From an uncultured candidate division Zixibacteria bacterium (GTDB lineage: Bacteria > Zixibacteria > MSB-5A5 > RBG-16-43-9), in contig OY970208.1 in NCBI GenBank assembly GCA_963713865.1, positions 2,560,001 to 2,624,000 on the forward strand: a stretch of DNA of 64,000 bases, read 5' to 3'. The notes under the pieces are model-generated. The model was not told the DNA's origin. It was given only the letters and a program-made list of their open reading frames with translations, and did not search any database. Below are positions 1 through 9,448 of this stretch, one piece after another (within the stretch, counting starts at the first letter, position 1; each line of letters begins with the position of its first letter). Position numbers and translations under genes: made by a program.

Positions 1-81
1 AAAGAAGAACGAGAAAAGGCTTTACTGGTTGCAGGTGGAATTCTTGCTTTTCTACTTTTGCTTTACGGAGGAGAAAGATGA
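1..81 (+). CDS. 3' end of an upstream gene (partial; ...KEEREKALLVAGGILAFLLLLYGGER*), hydrophobic C-terminal tail
   Basis: Frame 1 is open from the window edge to TGA 79-81, which overlaps the next ATG (ATGA). Confidence 0.55.
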   Translation, partial: KEEREKALLVAGGILAFLLLLYGGER

Positions 82-362
82 AAAAAATTTCGTATGTCCC
101 CTCCAAAGACGAGATGTTAGTAGAATTTGGTCCTATAAAAAGAGAACCAACAAAAAAAATAGGGCGATTCAGGTTATGGTTGGATAAAAAAGGGGATGTT
201 CGTGCTCTTGCTATTATGCCGTATGAAGAAGAGTTAATGGAATTTAGTAAAAATATACATAAGATAAAATTGGGTGGTATCTGGAGAGGGGTAAGGATTA
301 CAGAGGAAGATATTAAGGAAGCACGCCTGGACCTGTTAAAGAAACTTGAGGAGAAATGGTAA
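78..362 (+). CDS. Putative antitoxin of a type II TA pair (DUF2283-like N-terminus, VapB-like C-terminal helix)
   Basis: 94 aa with GGAGG RBS; overlaps the downstream PIN gene; C-terminus LGGIWRGVRITEEDIKEAR resembles VapB tails. Confidence 0.6.
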   Translation: MKKISYVPSKDEMLVEFGPIKREPTKKIGRFRLWLDKKGDVRALAIMPYEEELMEFSKNIHKIKLGGIWRGVRITEEDIKEARLDLLKKLEEKW

Positions 363-751
363 AGCCATACGTTACCGATACTCATTCTTTAGTCTGGTAT
401 ATGACCGACGACCGTAGGCTTTCTAAAAAAGCAAAATGGATTTTTGTAAGTGCTGATATTTCCCAAAACACAATTTACATCCCCTGTATTGTCTTTTTTG
501 AGTTACTATATCTCATTAAAAAGAAAAAAATCAATGTTGATTTTGATTGCTTCATCAAGCTGGTATCTTCATCTAAGAATTACAGAGTAGAACCATTATG
601 TTTGCCTATAATTGAGAATAGTAGAAAAATCCATAAGAAGGTGGTAGACCCCTGGGATAGATTAATAGCTGCTACTTCAATGCATCTGAATGCCCCTCTA
701 ATCAGTAAAGATAGGTTATTGAGAGGAATTGGATTAGAAGTAATATGGTAA
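356..751 (+). CDS. PIN-domain (VapC-family) ribonuclease toxin
   Basis: YVTDTHSL, FFEL, DPWDRLIAATS and LISKD carry the PIN acidic residues. Confidence 0.85.
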   Translation: MVKPYVTDTHSLVWYMTDDRRLSKKAKWIFVSADISQNTIYIPCIVFFELLYLIKKKKINVDFDCFIKLVSSSKNYRVEPLCLPIIENSRKIHKKVVDPWDRLIAATSMHLNAPLISKDRLLRGIGLEVIW

Positions 752-781
752 TATGGCTAGTATAGATTTAAATTAGAAGTT

Positions 782-1126
782 ATGACTGAGTTGACTGATA
801 TAAATCTCGATTCTGAGGTTTTAAATTCAAAGGACATCTATTTAGTGGATTTCTGGGCAGAATGGTGCAGACCCTGTAAGAGTATCTTCTCTATTCTGGA
901 GAAGATATCTATTGAATACAAAGGGATACTAAAAGTTGGGAAACTGGATGTAGGCAAATACCCGGGAATCGCTGTAAAATTTAATATACTGAGTATGCCT
1001 AACCTTCTTTTTTTCAAAGATGGCAAGGTCATTGAGCAGGTAATTGGAACGGAAAGTGAAGGGAAATTATCGAAAATAATCAATGATATCATGAAGGAGC
1101 ATAATATAATGAAGGAGAAAAGATGA
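782..1126 (+). CDS. Thioredoxin-family protein (WCRPC)
   Basis: LVDFWAEWCRPC motif, cis-Pro (SMP), FFKDGK. Confidence 0.85.
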   Translation: MTELTDINLDSEVLNSKDIYLVDFWAEWCRPCKSIFSILEKISIEYKGILKVGKLDVGKYPGIAVKFNILSMPNLLFFKDGKVIEQVIGTESEGKLSKIINDIMKEHNIMKEKR

Positions 1127-1449
1127 GCGAGCCGATTGAACTCACAGACGATAATTTTGAGCAGGAGGTTTTGAACTCGGATCTTCCGGTTTTGGTTGAT
1201 TTCTGGGCTACCTGGTGCGGTCCTTGCAGGATGGTCGGTCCGATCGTAGACGAGCTGGCAAAGGAATATGTCAGTAAAGTTAAAGTTGGGAAACTAAATG
1301 TGGATAGCAATGGAAAAATCCCGATCAAATATGGAATAATGAGCATCCCCAGTCTCCTTTTCTTCAAAAAGGGACAGGTGGTGGAGCAAATAGTCGGAGC
1401 AGTACCCAAAAAAAATCTTGTGGAAACAATAGAGAAAATCTTAGTCTAA
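1123..1449 (+). CDS. trxA: Thioredoxin
   Basis: VLVDFWATWCGPC, canonical length, ATGA overlap with the upstream paralog. Confidence 0.95.
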   Translation: MSEPIELTDDNFEQEVLNSDLPVLVDFWATWCGPCRMVGPIVDELAKEYVSKVKVGKLNVDSNGKIPIKYGIMSIPSLLFFKKGQVVEQIVGAVPKKNLVETIEKILV

Positions 1450-1532
1450 TAGGTTTATAAAAGCTCCGGTTGAGACTTGTAGGTTTGGCATATCCACTGA
1501 ACTGATTGACAAAAAATGTCTGATAGTAGATA

Positions 1533-1557
1533 CTGGAGTGTAAAGCTTTAGCTTTAC
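1533..1557. repeat. REP-like palindrome, CTGGA(G/A)TGTAAA-hairpin-TTTAC family (also as inverted pairs at 42871-42938 and 44475-44544)
   Basis: ctggagtgtaaagctttagctttac; related copies read directly elsewhere in the window. Confidence 0.7.
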
Positions 1558-1588
1558 TTTTTACTTAAAAGTTAAATCGAGGGATTGT

Positions 1589-1999
1589 ATGCAGGTAGAG
1601 ATAAAATGGGTTGGGAAACGAGAATTTATTGGAGAAACTGAATCCGGTAATAAAATAAGAATAGATATCGCTATTGAAAAAGGAGGAGAAAATACCGGAC
1701 CAGCTCCGATGGAGCTTATTCTCTTAGCCTTAGGCGGGTGTACCGGATTGGATGTGGTCTCGATCCTGGAAAAGAAAAGGGTAAAATTAGAAGGGATGGA
1801 GATTAAAATCGAAGCTGAAAAAACTGAAAATCATCCCAGAGTCTTCAGTAAAATAAAAATTGAATATCTCTTTCGGGGAAAAGATTTAAAAGAATCCGAT
1901 CTGAAAAATGCCATAGAACTCTCCCAGGAGAAATACTGCTCCGTCAGCGCAATGTTAAATAAAACTGCGGAACTGAGCTATACCTGGAAAATCCTCTAA
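1589..1999 (+). CDS. OsmC/YhfA-family protein
   Basis: GPAPMELILLALGGCTG and KYCSV motifs. Confidence 0.9.
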   Translation: MQVEIKWVGKREFIGETESGNKIRIDIAIEKGGENTGPAPMELILLALGGCTGLDVVSILEKKRVKLEGMEIKIEAEKTENHPRVFSKIKIEYLFRGKDLKESDLKNAIELSQEKYCSVSAMLNKTAELSYTWKIL

Positions 2000-2140
2000 T
2001 TTAGCAGGTCAAGCATGTCTCTTAGACTGCTTGATAAATCATCTTTTTGTTTGTAGCGGAAGGTTTTAACCTTCCATTTTTCATTTATCTTGACAAAATA
2101 AAGTCTTCAGTTTAAATATGAAAGAGTAAAAGGAAAAAAG

Positions 2141-2623
2141 ATGCTAAAATATCATATGAACCGGAAAGAAAAACAGATAACTGATCCGGTAGTATTAAAC
2201 GAAATATTGAAACAGGGAAAATATGTTACGATAGCAATGTGCCGGGCGAAAGAACCCTACATAGTTGCGCTAAATTATGGATATGATGAAAATAAAAATT
2301 CCTTATATTTTCACTGTTCCCTTAAAGGCTTGAAACTCGATTTCATCAAGCATAATTCAGCAGTCTGTGCCACCGTAATAGAGGACAGGGGGTATAAAAT
2401 TGGAGATTGTTCGCAGGCTTATCGCTCAGTAGTCTTCTGGGGAAAAATGTACATCATAGAAGATTTAGAGGAGAAAAAACATGGAATAAATATCCTTTTG
2501 AATCATCTGGAAGATAATCCGGGTGAAATCAAAGAAAAAAGTTTGAAATCGGATGATATATATAAAGAAGTAGGAATCTTGAGATTGGATATAACCGAGA
2601 TAAGCGGGAAACAAGGGAACTAA
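2141..2623 (+). CDS. Pyridoxamine 5'-phosphate oxidase-like / NimA-family flavin-binding protein
   Basis: [38 protein letters not shown] motifs. Confidence 0.85.
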   Translation: MLKYHMNRKEKQITDPVVLNEILKQGKYVTIAMCRAKEPYIVALNYGYDENKNSLYFHCSLKGLKLDFIKHNSAVCATVIEDRGYKIGDCSQAYRSVVFWGKMYIIEDLEEKKHGINILLNHLEDNPGEIKEKSLKSDDIYKEVGILRLDITEISGKQGN

Positions 2624-2720
2624 GATAGGTAAGAGCGACCTGCTCTCTGGCTTTGCTCAGAGCAGTAAGTTAATTGAACTGCCGGGTCGCTCCTGCACTC
2701 TGAAAACAAGGAGGAGTTCT

Positions 2721-3164
2721 ATGCTCAAGGAGTTCAAAGAATTTGCCATGAAAGGGAATGTGCTGGATATGGCAATCGGGATCATCATTGGTGCGGCGTT
2801 TGGGAAAATCGTTTCCTCGCTGGTGGGTGATGTCATAATGCCGCCTATCGGCTTACTCCTGGGTAAATTCGATTTTTCTACCCTGTTCATCAATCTGTCC
2901 GGTCAGCCCTATGCCTCTCTGGCACAGGCTAAAGCCGCAGGTGCCGCCACCATCAATTATGGAACGTTCATTAATACGGTGATCGATTTCATCATTGTGG
3001 CTTTTGTGATCTTCTTGTTGATCCGGCAGGTCAACAAATTGAAACGCCAGCCAGAACCAGTACCGGCTATTCCCACGACCAAAGAGTGTCCCTATTGTTT
3101 ATCCGCTGTTCCGCTCAAGGCCATACGTTGCCCACATTGTACCTCAGAACTCAAGACTGTGTGA
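2721..3164 (+). CDS. mscL: Large-conductance mechanosensitive channel with C-terminal CxxC-CxxC extension
   Basis: [32 protein letters not shown]; tail CPYC...CPHC. Confidence 0.95.
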   Translation: MLKEFKEFAMKGNVLDMAIGIIIGAAFGKIVSSLVGDVIMPPIGLLLGKFDFSTLFINLSGQPYASLAQAKAAGAATINYGTFINTVIDFIIVAFVIFLLIRQVNKLKRQPEPVPAIPTTKECPYCLSAVPLKAIRCPHCTSELKTV

Positions 3165-3168
3165 AATT

Positions 3169-3395
3169 GTAGGGGCACGGCGCGCCGTGCCCCTACCAAA
3201 TTATTTTTTGTTCAGTCAGGTCTTATGCCTGATAGAATTTTATCTACAGGTAAAGATAAGATTCTTCTCCTGCCATAGGCTGGATCAGAATGACAGATAA
3301 GGAAAATAAACGTCGGGCATAAAACCCGACGCTACGAATTCGTAGGATCCGTAGGGCTTGAACAATGGGAAACAAGCAAGGATGCCTGTTCTACC
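3169..3395. repeat. Cluster of REP-like palindromes between the convergent mscL and cupredoxin genes
   Basis: Perfect 28-bp palindrome gtaggggcacggcgcgccgtgcccctac (3169-3196), plus cgtcgggcataaaacccgacgctac and gattcttc...cagaatgac. Confidence 0.8.
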
Positions 3396-3403
3396 AAACA
3401 ATA

Positions 3404-3778
3404 CTACTCCACAATCAACTTCCCCCTCATCATCCCCATCCCACAGGTGAAAACATATTCGCCTGGTTTTTCGGGAGTGAACTCAATGGAGGTGGTTTTA
3501 TAGGCAGGCAAACTTTTTCTTATATTGAAATCCCCGAAAACAATCTCCTCAGAGCAGTCTGCGGTCTCATCACGGTAGAAATCTATCTTGACCGGAAGCC
3601 CCTTTTTCACTACAATCACATCCGGATCATAACCGCCTTTAACGATAACCTTTATCTCCTGGACATTGCCTACCTTTACCGAGGCTTTTACTTTCTCCCT
3701 TCTTGAAAAGAAGAAATACCAATTCACAAAAACAATCAAGAGAATCCCTATAATTGTGACAATAATTTTTGATTCCAT
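3404..3778 (-). CDS. Cupredoxin-domain protein (CupA-like, N-terminal TM)
   Basis: GGYDPDVIVVKKG, CSEEIV, FTCGMGMMRG; lies downstream of copA. Confidence 0.9.
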   Translation of the reverse strand: MESKIIVTIIGILLIVFVNWYFFFSRREKVKASVKVGNVQEIKVIVKGGYDPDVIVVKKGLPVKIDFYRDETADCSEEIVFGDFNIRKSLPAYKTTSIEFTPEKPGEYVFTCGMGMMRGKLIVE

Positions 3779-3793
3779 ATTTTCCTCTTTTTC

Positions 3794-3882
3794 GTAGCGT
3801 CTGGGTTTATCCCAGACGTTTTTTCGTCGGGCGTAAAGCCCGACGCTACTTTATGTAGGGGCGTATTGCAATACGCCCCTAC
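3794..3882. repeat. REPIN-like doublet plus a GTAG palindrome
   Basis: gtagcgtctggg..cccagacg / cgtcgggc..gcccgacgctac, and gtaggggcgtattgcaatacgcccctac (3855-3882). Confidence 0.8.
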
Positions 3883-3884
3883 CG

Positions 3885-6497
3885 TCAAAACCTTCTTAAC
3901 CTCAAAGAATTTGAAACTACTGAGACTGAGCTGAAAGCCATAGCCGCTGAGGCGATCATAGGGTTTAGCAAAATCCCTATGAAAGGATAAAGTAAGCCTG
4001 CAGCAATTGGAATGCCTAAAACGTTATAGATAAAAGCCCAGAAAAGGTTCTGCTTGATTATCTTTATGGTTCTTTTACTCAACTTAATTGCGGTAACCAC
4101 TCCGGAAAGGTCTCCTTTTATCAGGGTAATATCTGAAGCCTCCATTGCCACGTCTGTTCCTGTGCCTATTGCTATTCCTATATCTGCCTGGGCTAAAGCC
4201 GGGGCATCATTTATCCCATCACCGACCATCGCCACAATCTTCCCTTCCTCCTGTAGTTTCTTAATCTCACTCACCTTATCCTCGGGTAGAACCTCGGAAA
4301 TCACTCTATCGATTCCGGCTTTTCTGGCAATTGCCTCAGCCGTCTTTTTATTATCCCCGGTCAGCATAACTACTTCTAAACCTAACTTATGAAGCTCTTC
4401 CACTGCCTTCTTTGAATTTTCTTTTAAAGTATCTGCAACTGCTATGATTGCTGATATTTTTCCATCTATGGAAAGATAGATCGGAGTTTTCCCATCTTGA
4501 GCTAATTCTTCACCTCTGGGGATTAAATCTTTTATCTCAAGTTTCTTTTCTTCTAACAGTTTTTGATTACCCAAGAGTATTTTTTTGTTATCTATTTTCG
4601 CCTCTATACCAAAACCGGATATAGCATTAAATTCCTCAGGCTCTTTAAGCTCGATATTCTCCTGAATAGCTTTTCTCACTATGGCCTCGCCTAAGGGGTG
4701 CTCTGAATTTTTTTCTGCGCTTCCAGCATAAAATAAAATATCTTTTGAGACTGACTTATCGAAAAGAATTATATCCGTTACCTCCGGCTCACCTTTGGTC
4801 AAAGTCCCGGTCTTATCGAAGACGATAGAGTTAATCTTATGAGCAGTTTCGAGAGTCTCTCCTCCTTTTATTAAAATCCCCTTTTCCGCTCCTTTACCTG
4901 TGCCCACCATAATCGCAGTGGGTGTAGCAAGCCCGAGGGCGCAGGGACAAGCGATGATCATAACTGCCACAAAATTCAAAAGGGCATAGGTCAGAGACGG
5001 GCCGGGACCAAAAATAAACCATAAGATAAAAGTAAAAATGGCAATGGAGATCACTACCGGCACAAAATATCCGGCAATCACGTCAGCTAATCTCTGAATG
5101 GGAGCTTTACTGCCTTGAGCTTCCTGTACTAATCTGATGATCTGGGCTAAAGCGGTATCCTTTCCCACTTTTGTGGCTTCGAACTTGAAACTCCCGCTCT
5201 TGTTAATCGTAGCACCGATAACCTCATCCCCGGCTTTCTTCTCCGCCGGAACACTCTCACCGGTTATCATCGATTCATCCACATAAGATTTACCTTCTTT
5301 GACTATACCATCCACCGGAATCTTCTCACCCGGGCGGACAATAACTACATCGCCGACTAATACCTCCTCCACCGGAATATCCAGTTCTTTTCCATTTCGA
5401 ATCACCCTGGCAGTTTTCGGTCGCAAGCCGATCAGCTTTTTTATAGCTTCAGAGGTTTGCCCTTTAGCCCTGGCCTCAAGCAGCCTCCCCAAGAGTATCA
5501 GGGTAATTATTACCACCGAAGTATCGAAGTAAACCCTGGGCTCAATTCCTGAAGCTCTGAAAAAAGAAGGGAAGATGGTGGCAATTATACTGTATAAATA
5601 GGCGGCTGAGGTTCCCACAGCAATTAAAGTATTCATATCTGCATTCCTGTGTCTGAATGCACCCCAGGCGCCGCGGTAGAACTGCCATCCAGCCCAGAAC
5701 TGAACCGGGGTAGCTAAAAACCAGAGAAGATAACGATTAGTTAGTATCCGGGGGAGTCCAGATATCCATTCCAGACTTCCTATCAAAACTATTATGCTCA
5801 AGACTAAACTGAAGAGGAATTTCTTTTTCAGTTTTATGTATTCCTTTTCACGGATTACCCTTTCATAATCCTCAACTTCTCCTTTTCCAATCCCCAGGAC
5901 CTTATACCCAGTAGATTCGATTGCTTTTTTCAGTTCGGACAAATTTGTCTCTGATGGAAGGTATTCCACCTTAGCCTTATCCGTTGCTAAATTCACCACT
6001 GCCTTTGTCACCCCATCAGTTTCAAGTAATGCCTGTTCGATTTTCTGGACACAGGAGGCACAGTCTATTCCCTGGATCGGGATTTCAACGGAAACCGTCC
6101 CTACATCATACCCGCTTCCGCGGATAGAATGGATGAATCCATCTACTCCGACTTTTTCAGAATCATAAAAGATGGTTGCCCGCTGGGTAGCTAAATTCAC
6201 CGAAGCTTTTTCTACTCCCGGAAGCCTGGACAACCCCTTCTGAATCGTCTGAGCACAGGAAGCGCAGGTCATCCCCAGGATGGGTAGATCGATTCTCTCA
6301 CTTTTTTTATCTTTAGGTTCATATTTAAAAGTAAGTTTTTCAGAAACAGGTTTTTCCTGGAGGAATTTCACCGGATCTTTGTCGAATTCCTCTTTGCAAT
6401 GCTGGGAACAGAAATAATAGACCACACCCTTATAAGTAGAGCTTCCAGCGGCTTCCTTCTCCTCGATTTCCATCCCGCAAACTGGATCTATATGCAT
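3885..6497 (-). CDS. copA: Cu(I)-translocating P1B-type ATPase with YHS and two HMA domains
   Basis: DPVCGM/FCS YHS domain; GMTCASC and GIDCASC; TGES, CPC, DKTGT, SEHP, GDGIND, YN, MAFSS. Confidence 0.97.
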   Translation of the reverse strand: MHIDPVCGMEIEEKEAAGSSTYKGVVYYFCSQHCKEEFDKDPVKFLQEKPVSEKLTFKYEPKDKKSERIDLPILGMTCASCAQTIQKGLSRLPGVEKASVNLATQRATIFYDSEKVGVDGFIHSIRGSGYDVGTVSVEIPIQGIDCASCVQKIEQALLETDGVTKAVVNLATDKAKVEYLPSETNLSELKKAIESTGYKVLGIGKGEVEDYERVIREKEYIKLKKKFLFSLVLSIIVLIGSLEWISGLPRILTNRYLLWFLATPVQFWAGWQFYRGAWGAFRHRNADMNTLIAVGTSAAYLYSIIATIFPSFFRASGIEPRVYFDTSVVIITLILLGRLLEARAKGQTSEAIKKLIGLRPKTARVIRNGKELDIPVEEVLVGDVVIVRPGEKIPVDGIVKEGKSYVDESMITGESVPAEKKAGDEVIGATINKSGSFKFEATKVGKDTALAQIIRLVQEAQGSKAPIQRLADVIAGYFVPVVISIAIFTFILWFIFGPGPSLTYALLNFVAVMIIACPCALGLATPTAIMVGTGKGAEKGILIKGGETLETAHKINSIVFDKTGTLTKGEPEVTDIILFDKSVSKDILFYAGSAEKNSEHPLGEAIVRKAIQENIELKEPEEFNAISGFGIEAKIDNKKILLGNQKLLEEKKLEIKDLIPRGEELAQDGKTPIYLSIDGKISAIIAVADTLKENSKKAVEELHKLGLEVVMLTGDNKKTAEAIARKAGIDRVISEVLPEDKVSEIKKLQEEGKIVAMVGDGINDAPALAQADIGIAIGTGTDVAMEASDITLIKGDLSGVVTAIKLSKRTIKIIKQNLFWAFIYNVLGIPIAAGLLYPFIGILLNPMIASAAMAFSSVSVVSNSLRLRRF

Positions 6498-6593
6498 TTT
6501 TTCCTCTTCTTATATAGCATAGCTTATTATAGCAGTACGAAAAAGTTTACAGCAGCCTTAGGGCAAAGCTTCAACCTTGCATTGAACATCTTC

Positions 6594-6818
6594 TTAGGTA
6601 CTTGAAATATCCCTTTTCTTTTGCTCAAACTCCTCTTTGTTTATCTCTCCTTTAACATATCTTTTCTTCAAGATATCTAAGGCACTTTCTTCCTGAGCAG
6701 GAGGCCTGGTTTCAGTTTTCCCCTGCTGAAAGAGCCATTTGACCACAAGAACGATGACCACTATAAAAGCAATCCAGAAAAGAATCATCCCCAGCCATCC
6801 AAATCCCCACATATACAT
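6594..6818 (-). CDS. Small membrane protein with SHOCT domain
   Basis: One TM helix followed by ALDILKKRYVKGEINKEEFEQKK. Confidence 0.85.
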   Translation of the reverse strand: MYMWGFGWLGMILFWIAFIVVIVLVVKWLFQQGKTETRPPAQEESALDILKKRYVKGEINKEEFEQKKRDISST

Positions 6819-6888
6819 ATTTTCCTCCTTAGATAATTTATCTTTTTAATAGCCGGACAGGAGTTGCACTCCTGTCTGCAAAATCCCT

Positions 6889-7743
6889 TTAATCTAAAAT
6901 ATTTATTAATCCCAATACGAAATTAGCCGAATTATCTGCGGCTACTTTAAAGAAATCTTTAATCTCCATAGCCGCAGTAGCAGAGCCTGAACCACCAGCC
7001 AAATCTGAACAGCTTCTCACCACTAAAACCGGAACTCCATTTATATTTGCCACCTGCACCACCGCCGCAGATTCCATATCCACAATTTCGGCGCCAAATT
7101 TATCCTTCAAATAGTCTCTTTTCTCCTTCTGATCGATAAACGAGTTACCGGACACTCCTTTACCTCCGGTTTTAACCTGAGGAATGCGTTCCTGAACCGG
7201 TTTTAATTTAAGAGACTGACCGGCTGATTTTGCTTTATCTAAAAGGTTCTTGTCCACTTCGAAATAAAGAACCCCAGCCTCTCTTTCATTGCCGGGCAGG
7301 ACCACATACACAGAGTCAGGTAAAAATCCCTCTTTGCCATAGTAGCCATAGTCATGCGTTGCCCAGCTCTCCGGGATCACGATATCGCCTATATGGTTTG
7401 AAGAATCAATGCCTCCACATATACCGGTGAAGATTATCTCTTTAGGATTATATTTGTCAATTAAAAGCTGGGTGGTCATCGCTGCATTGGTCATTCCCAC
7501 CCCGGAGTTGACAATGATAACCTCTTTGCCTTCTTCATCTGATCCGGCTGACAATTTACCAATCCAGAAAACTCTTCCTTTAACGAAAAGGCTATCCTGC
7601 AGATTTAGCCTGCTTCGTAGAAGCGTTCCTTCATCATCAAAGGCGTACATCAAGGCGATTTTACTTTTAGTTCCAGCAGATGATTGAATAAAAAAGATAC
7701 AGATAAAAAACAAAGCGGTGATAAGAATTAGCTTTCTTTTCAT
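6889..7743 (-). CDS. mtnN: 5'-methylthioadenosine/S-adenosylhomocysteine nucleosidase with signal peptide
   Basis: SGVGMTNAA, FTGICGG, VDMESAAV, RSCSDLA; N-terminal Sec-type signal. Confidence 0.85.
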   Translation of the reverse strand: MKRKLILITALFFICIFFIQSSAGTKSKIALMYAFDDEGTLLRSRLNLQDSLFVKGRVFWIGKLSAGSDEEGKEVIIVNSGVGMTNAAMTTQLLIDKYNPKEIIFTGICGGIDSSNHIGDIVIPESWATHDYGYYGKEGFLPDSVYVVLPGNEREAGVLYFEVDKNLLDKAKSAGQSLKLKPVQERIPQVKTGGKGVSGNSFIDQKEKRDYLKDKFGAEIVDMESAAVVQVANINGVPVLVVRSCSDLAGGSGSATAAMEIKDFFKVAADNSANFVLGLINILD

Positions 7744-7945
7744 TTCTTTAAAACCTCCTCTAAAGTTAATAGGTTTATTTTCAGTCTTAACTTGGATTTA
7801 CCTCACCCTTTCCCTGCGGGAGAGGGTGAGGTTATGACAAAATATTTTTCTATTTACTTAGCAATCCAGAAAAGGTTGTACTAAAATTAACTAAGGGTAA
7901 AAGGATTGCTTCGTCTCGCCTTCGGCGGACCCGCAATGACAGTGC

Positions 7946-8227
7946 TTATGTAACTACCCTCATCGGGTAGGTATAGAGATTCATCCTTTTACCTCTAGCG
8001 AAACCAATTACGGTAATTCCTAATCTTTGAGCTAACTCCAGGGCTGAACAGTAGATGATTAGATTAATTTTGGCTCTCCCGGCTTTTAACAATATATCAG
8101 AAGAGACTCTGCCACTGGAGATCAATAATTTATCCTGCAAGGGGATATTTTCGATTAAGCTTTCTCCTAATATCTTATCCACCGCATTATATCTTCCGAT
8201 ATCCTCTTTGAAAAGCCACTTTAATTT
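7946..8227 (-). pseudogene. fdhD: Truncated remnant of the formate dehydrogenase accessory sulfurtransferase FdhD (C-terminal part only)
   Basis: EDIGRYNAVDK (family motif EDxGRHNAxDK), SSGRVS, GFARGKRMNLYT; in-frame stop just upstream; SAPT segment missing. Confidence 0.75.
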
Positions 8228-8376
8228 TTATCCTTAGTCACCTAATAAAATTTAACTAATCAATAAGTCTTGAGTGATAAACCAATTGAATTTTGATAGC
8301 CGTAGTGGCTGCCAGAATTAGTAATGCCTGTGACATGACAATATACTCCTTTGTTAAACTGAACCTGTGAATATAT

Positions 8377-9063
8377 TCATTTCCGTTTAGGCGCTCTCTT
8401 TTTTGCTTTAAGATGGTATTCTTCAACCAGCCATTCAAGCCAGTTTTTAAAACCCTCACCTGTTTTAGCTGAGAGCTTGATGGATGAAAGCCCTGGATTG
8501 ACTTTCCTGCTGTTTTGTAAAAGTGATTTCAGATTAATCTCCAGATAAGGCATAAGGTCAAGTTTGTTGATCAGCAGAAGATCTGAGTTCCGGAAAGCTA
8601 CGGGATATTTGCTGGGTTTATCTTCACCCTCAGTTAAACTCAAGACGATAATTTTTTTGTCCTCACCTAAATCGAATTCTGCCGGACAGATCAGATTACC
8701 AATATTTTCGATGAAGAGGATCTGCACCCCGGACAAATCCAGGCTCTCCACAGCTTTTTTCACCATATTGGCATCTAAATGGCATGCCCCTCCAAACGAT
8801 TCAGTGGTTATCTGAACTACCGGAATATCGTATCGGGCTAATCTCTCCGCATCTTTGGAAGTAGCCACATCTCCTTCAATCACCGCAAAATTAAAATCCT
8901 TTTTCAGTTTTTCTACGGTCCTCTCCAGGATCAAGGTTTTACCGGCGCCAGGGGAACTCATAAAATTCAATACCAGAATTCGCTTTTCATCGAAAACCTT
9001 TTTATTCCCTAAAGCGATGGTTTGGTTAGCTTTCAAAACATCAGTCAAGACTTGAACCTTCAT
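8377..9063 (-). CDS. hypB: Hydrogenase nickel-insertion GTPase HypB
   Basis: SSPGAGKT, GACHLDA, ENIGNLICPAEFDLGE, EGEDKP.KYP, NKLD. Confidence 0.96.
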   Translation of the reverse strand: MKVQVLTDVLKANQTIALGNKKVFDEKRILVLNFMSSPGAGKTLILERTVEKLKKDFNFAVIEGDVATSKDAERLARYDIPVVQITTESFGGACHLDANMVKKAVESLDLSGVQILFIENIGNLICPAEFDLGEDKKIIVLSLTEGEDKPSKYPVAFRNSDLLLINKLDLMPYLEINLKSLLQNSRKVNPGLSSIKLSAKTGEGFKNWLEWLVEEYHLKAKKRAPKRK

Positions 9064-9093
9064 TTTTTCTCCTTTAGGCTGGGTAAATTTCCC

Positions 9094-9438
9094 CTACTCG
9101 ATTTCAAATGACTCTATGAAAAGCTCTCTCCCTGTCTTAATCTCTATCCTGAACGAACCACAAAAGGGGCAGGTGAAATCCATGACCTCAAGGCTGAGTT
9201 TTTTCTTACAATCTTTGCATTTCCCGGTTATTGGGACTGAATCAATCATAAGGGATGCTTTTTCTAAAGAGGACTCTTTTGATATAACTTCAAAAGATAA
9301 TCTCAATGCCTCGGGTTCCACGCTGGTAAGCTTCCCGATTTTCAGATTGATCCTGGTTACCTTCCCTTTATGGTTTTTTTTAGTCAATTTCTCTTCAATC
9401 ACTTTTATGATATTTTCCGCTACTGCCATCTCGTGCAT
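9094..9438 (-). CDS. hypA: Hydrogenase nickel chaperone HypA
   Basis: MHE N-terminus, CKDC and CPFC, GREL. Confidence 0.96.
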   Translation of the reverse strand: MHEMAVAENIIKVIEEKLTKKNHKGKVTRINLKIGKLTSVEPEALRLSFEVISKESSLEKASLMIDSVPITGKCKDCKKKLSLEVMDFTCPFCGSFRIEIKTGRELFIESFEIE

Positions 9439-9448
9439 ACGATTTCCT

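Noticed and set aside
6498..6593. CsoR, CueR or CopY operator upstream of copA
   Set aside because: No convincing palindrome matching those consensus sites.
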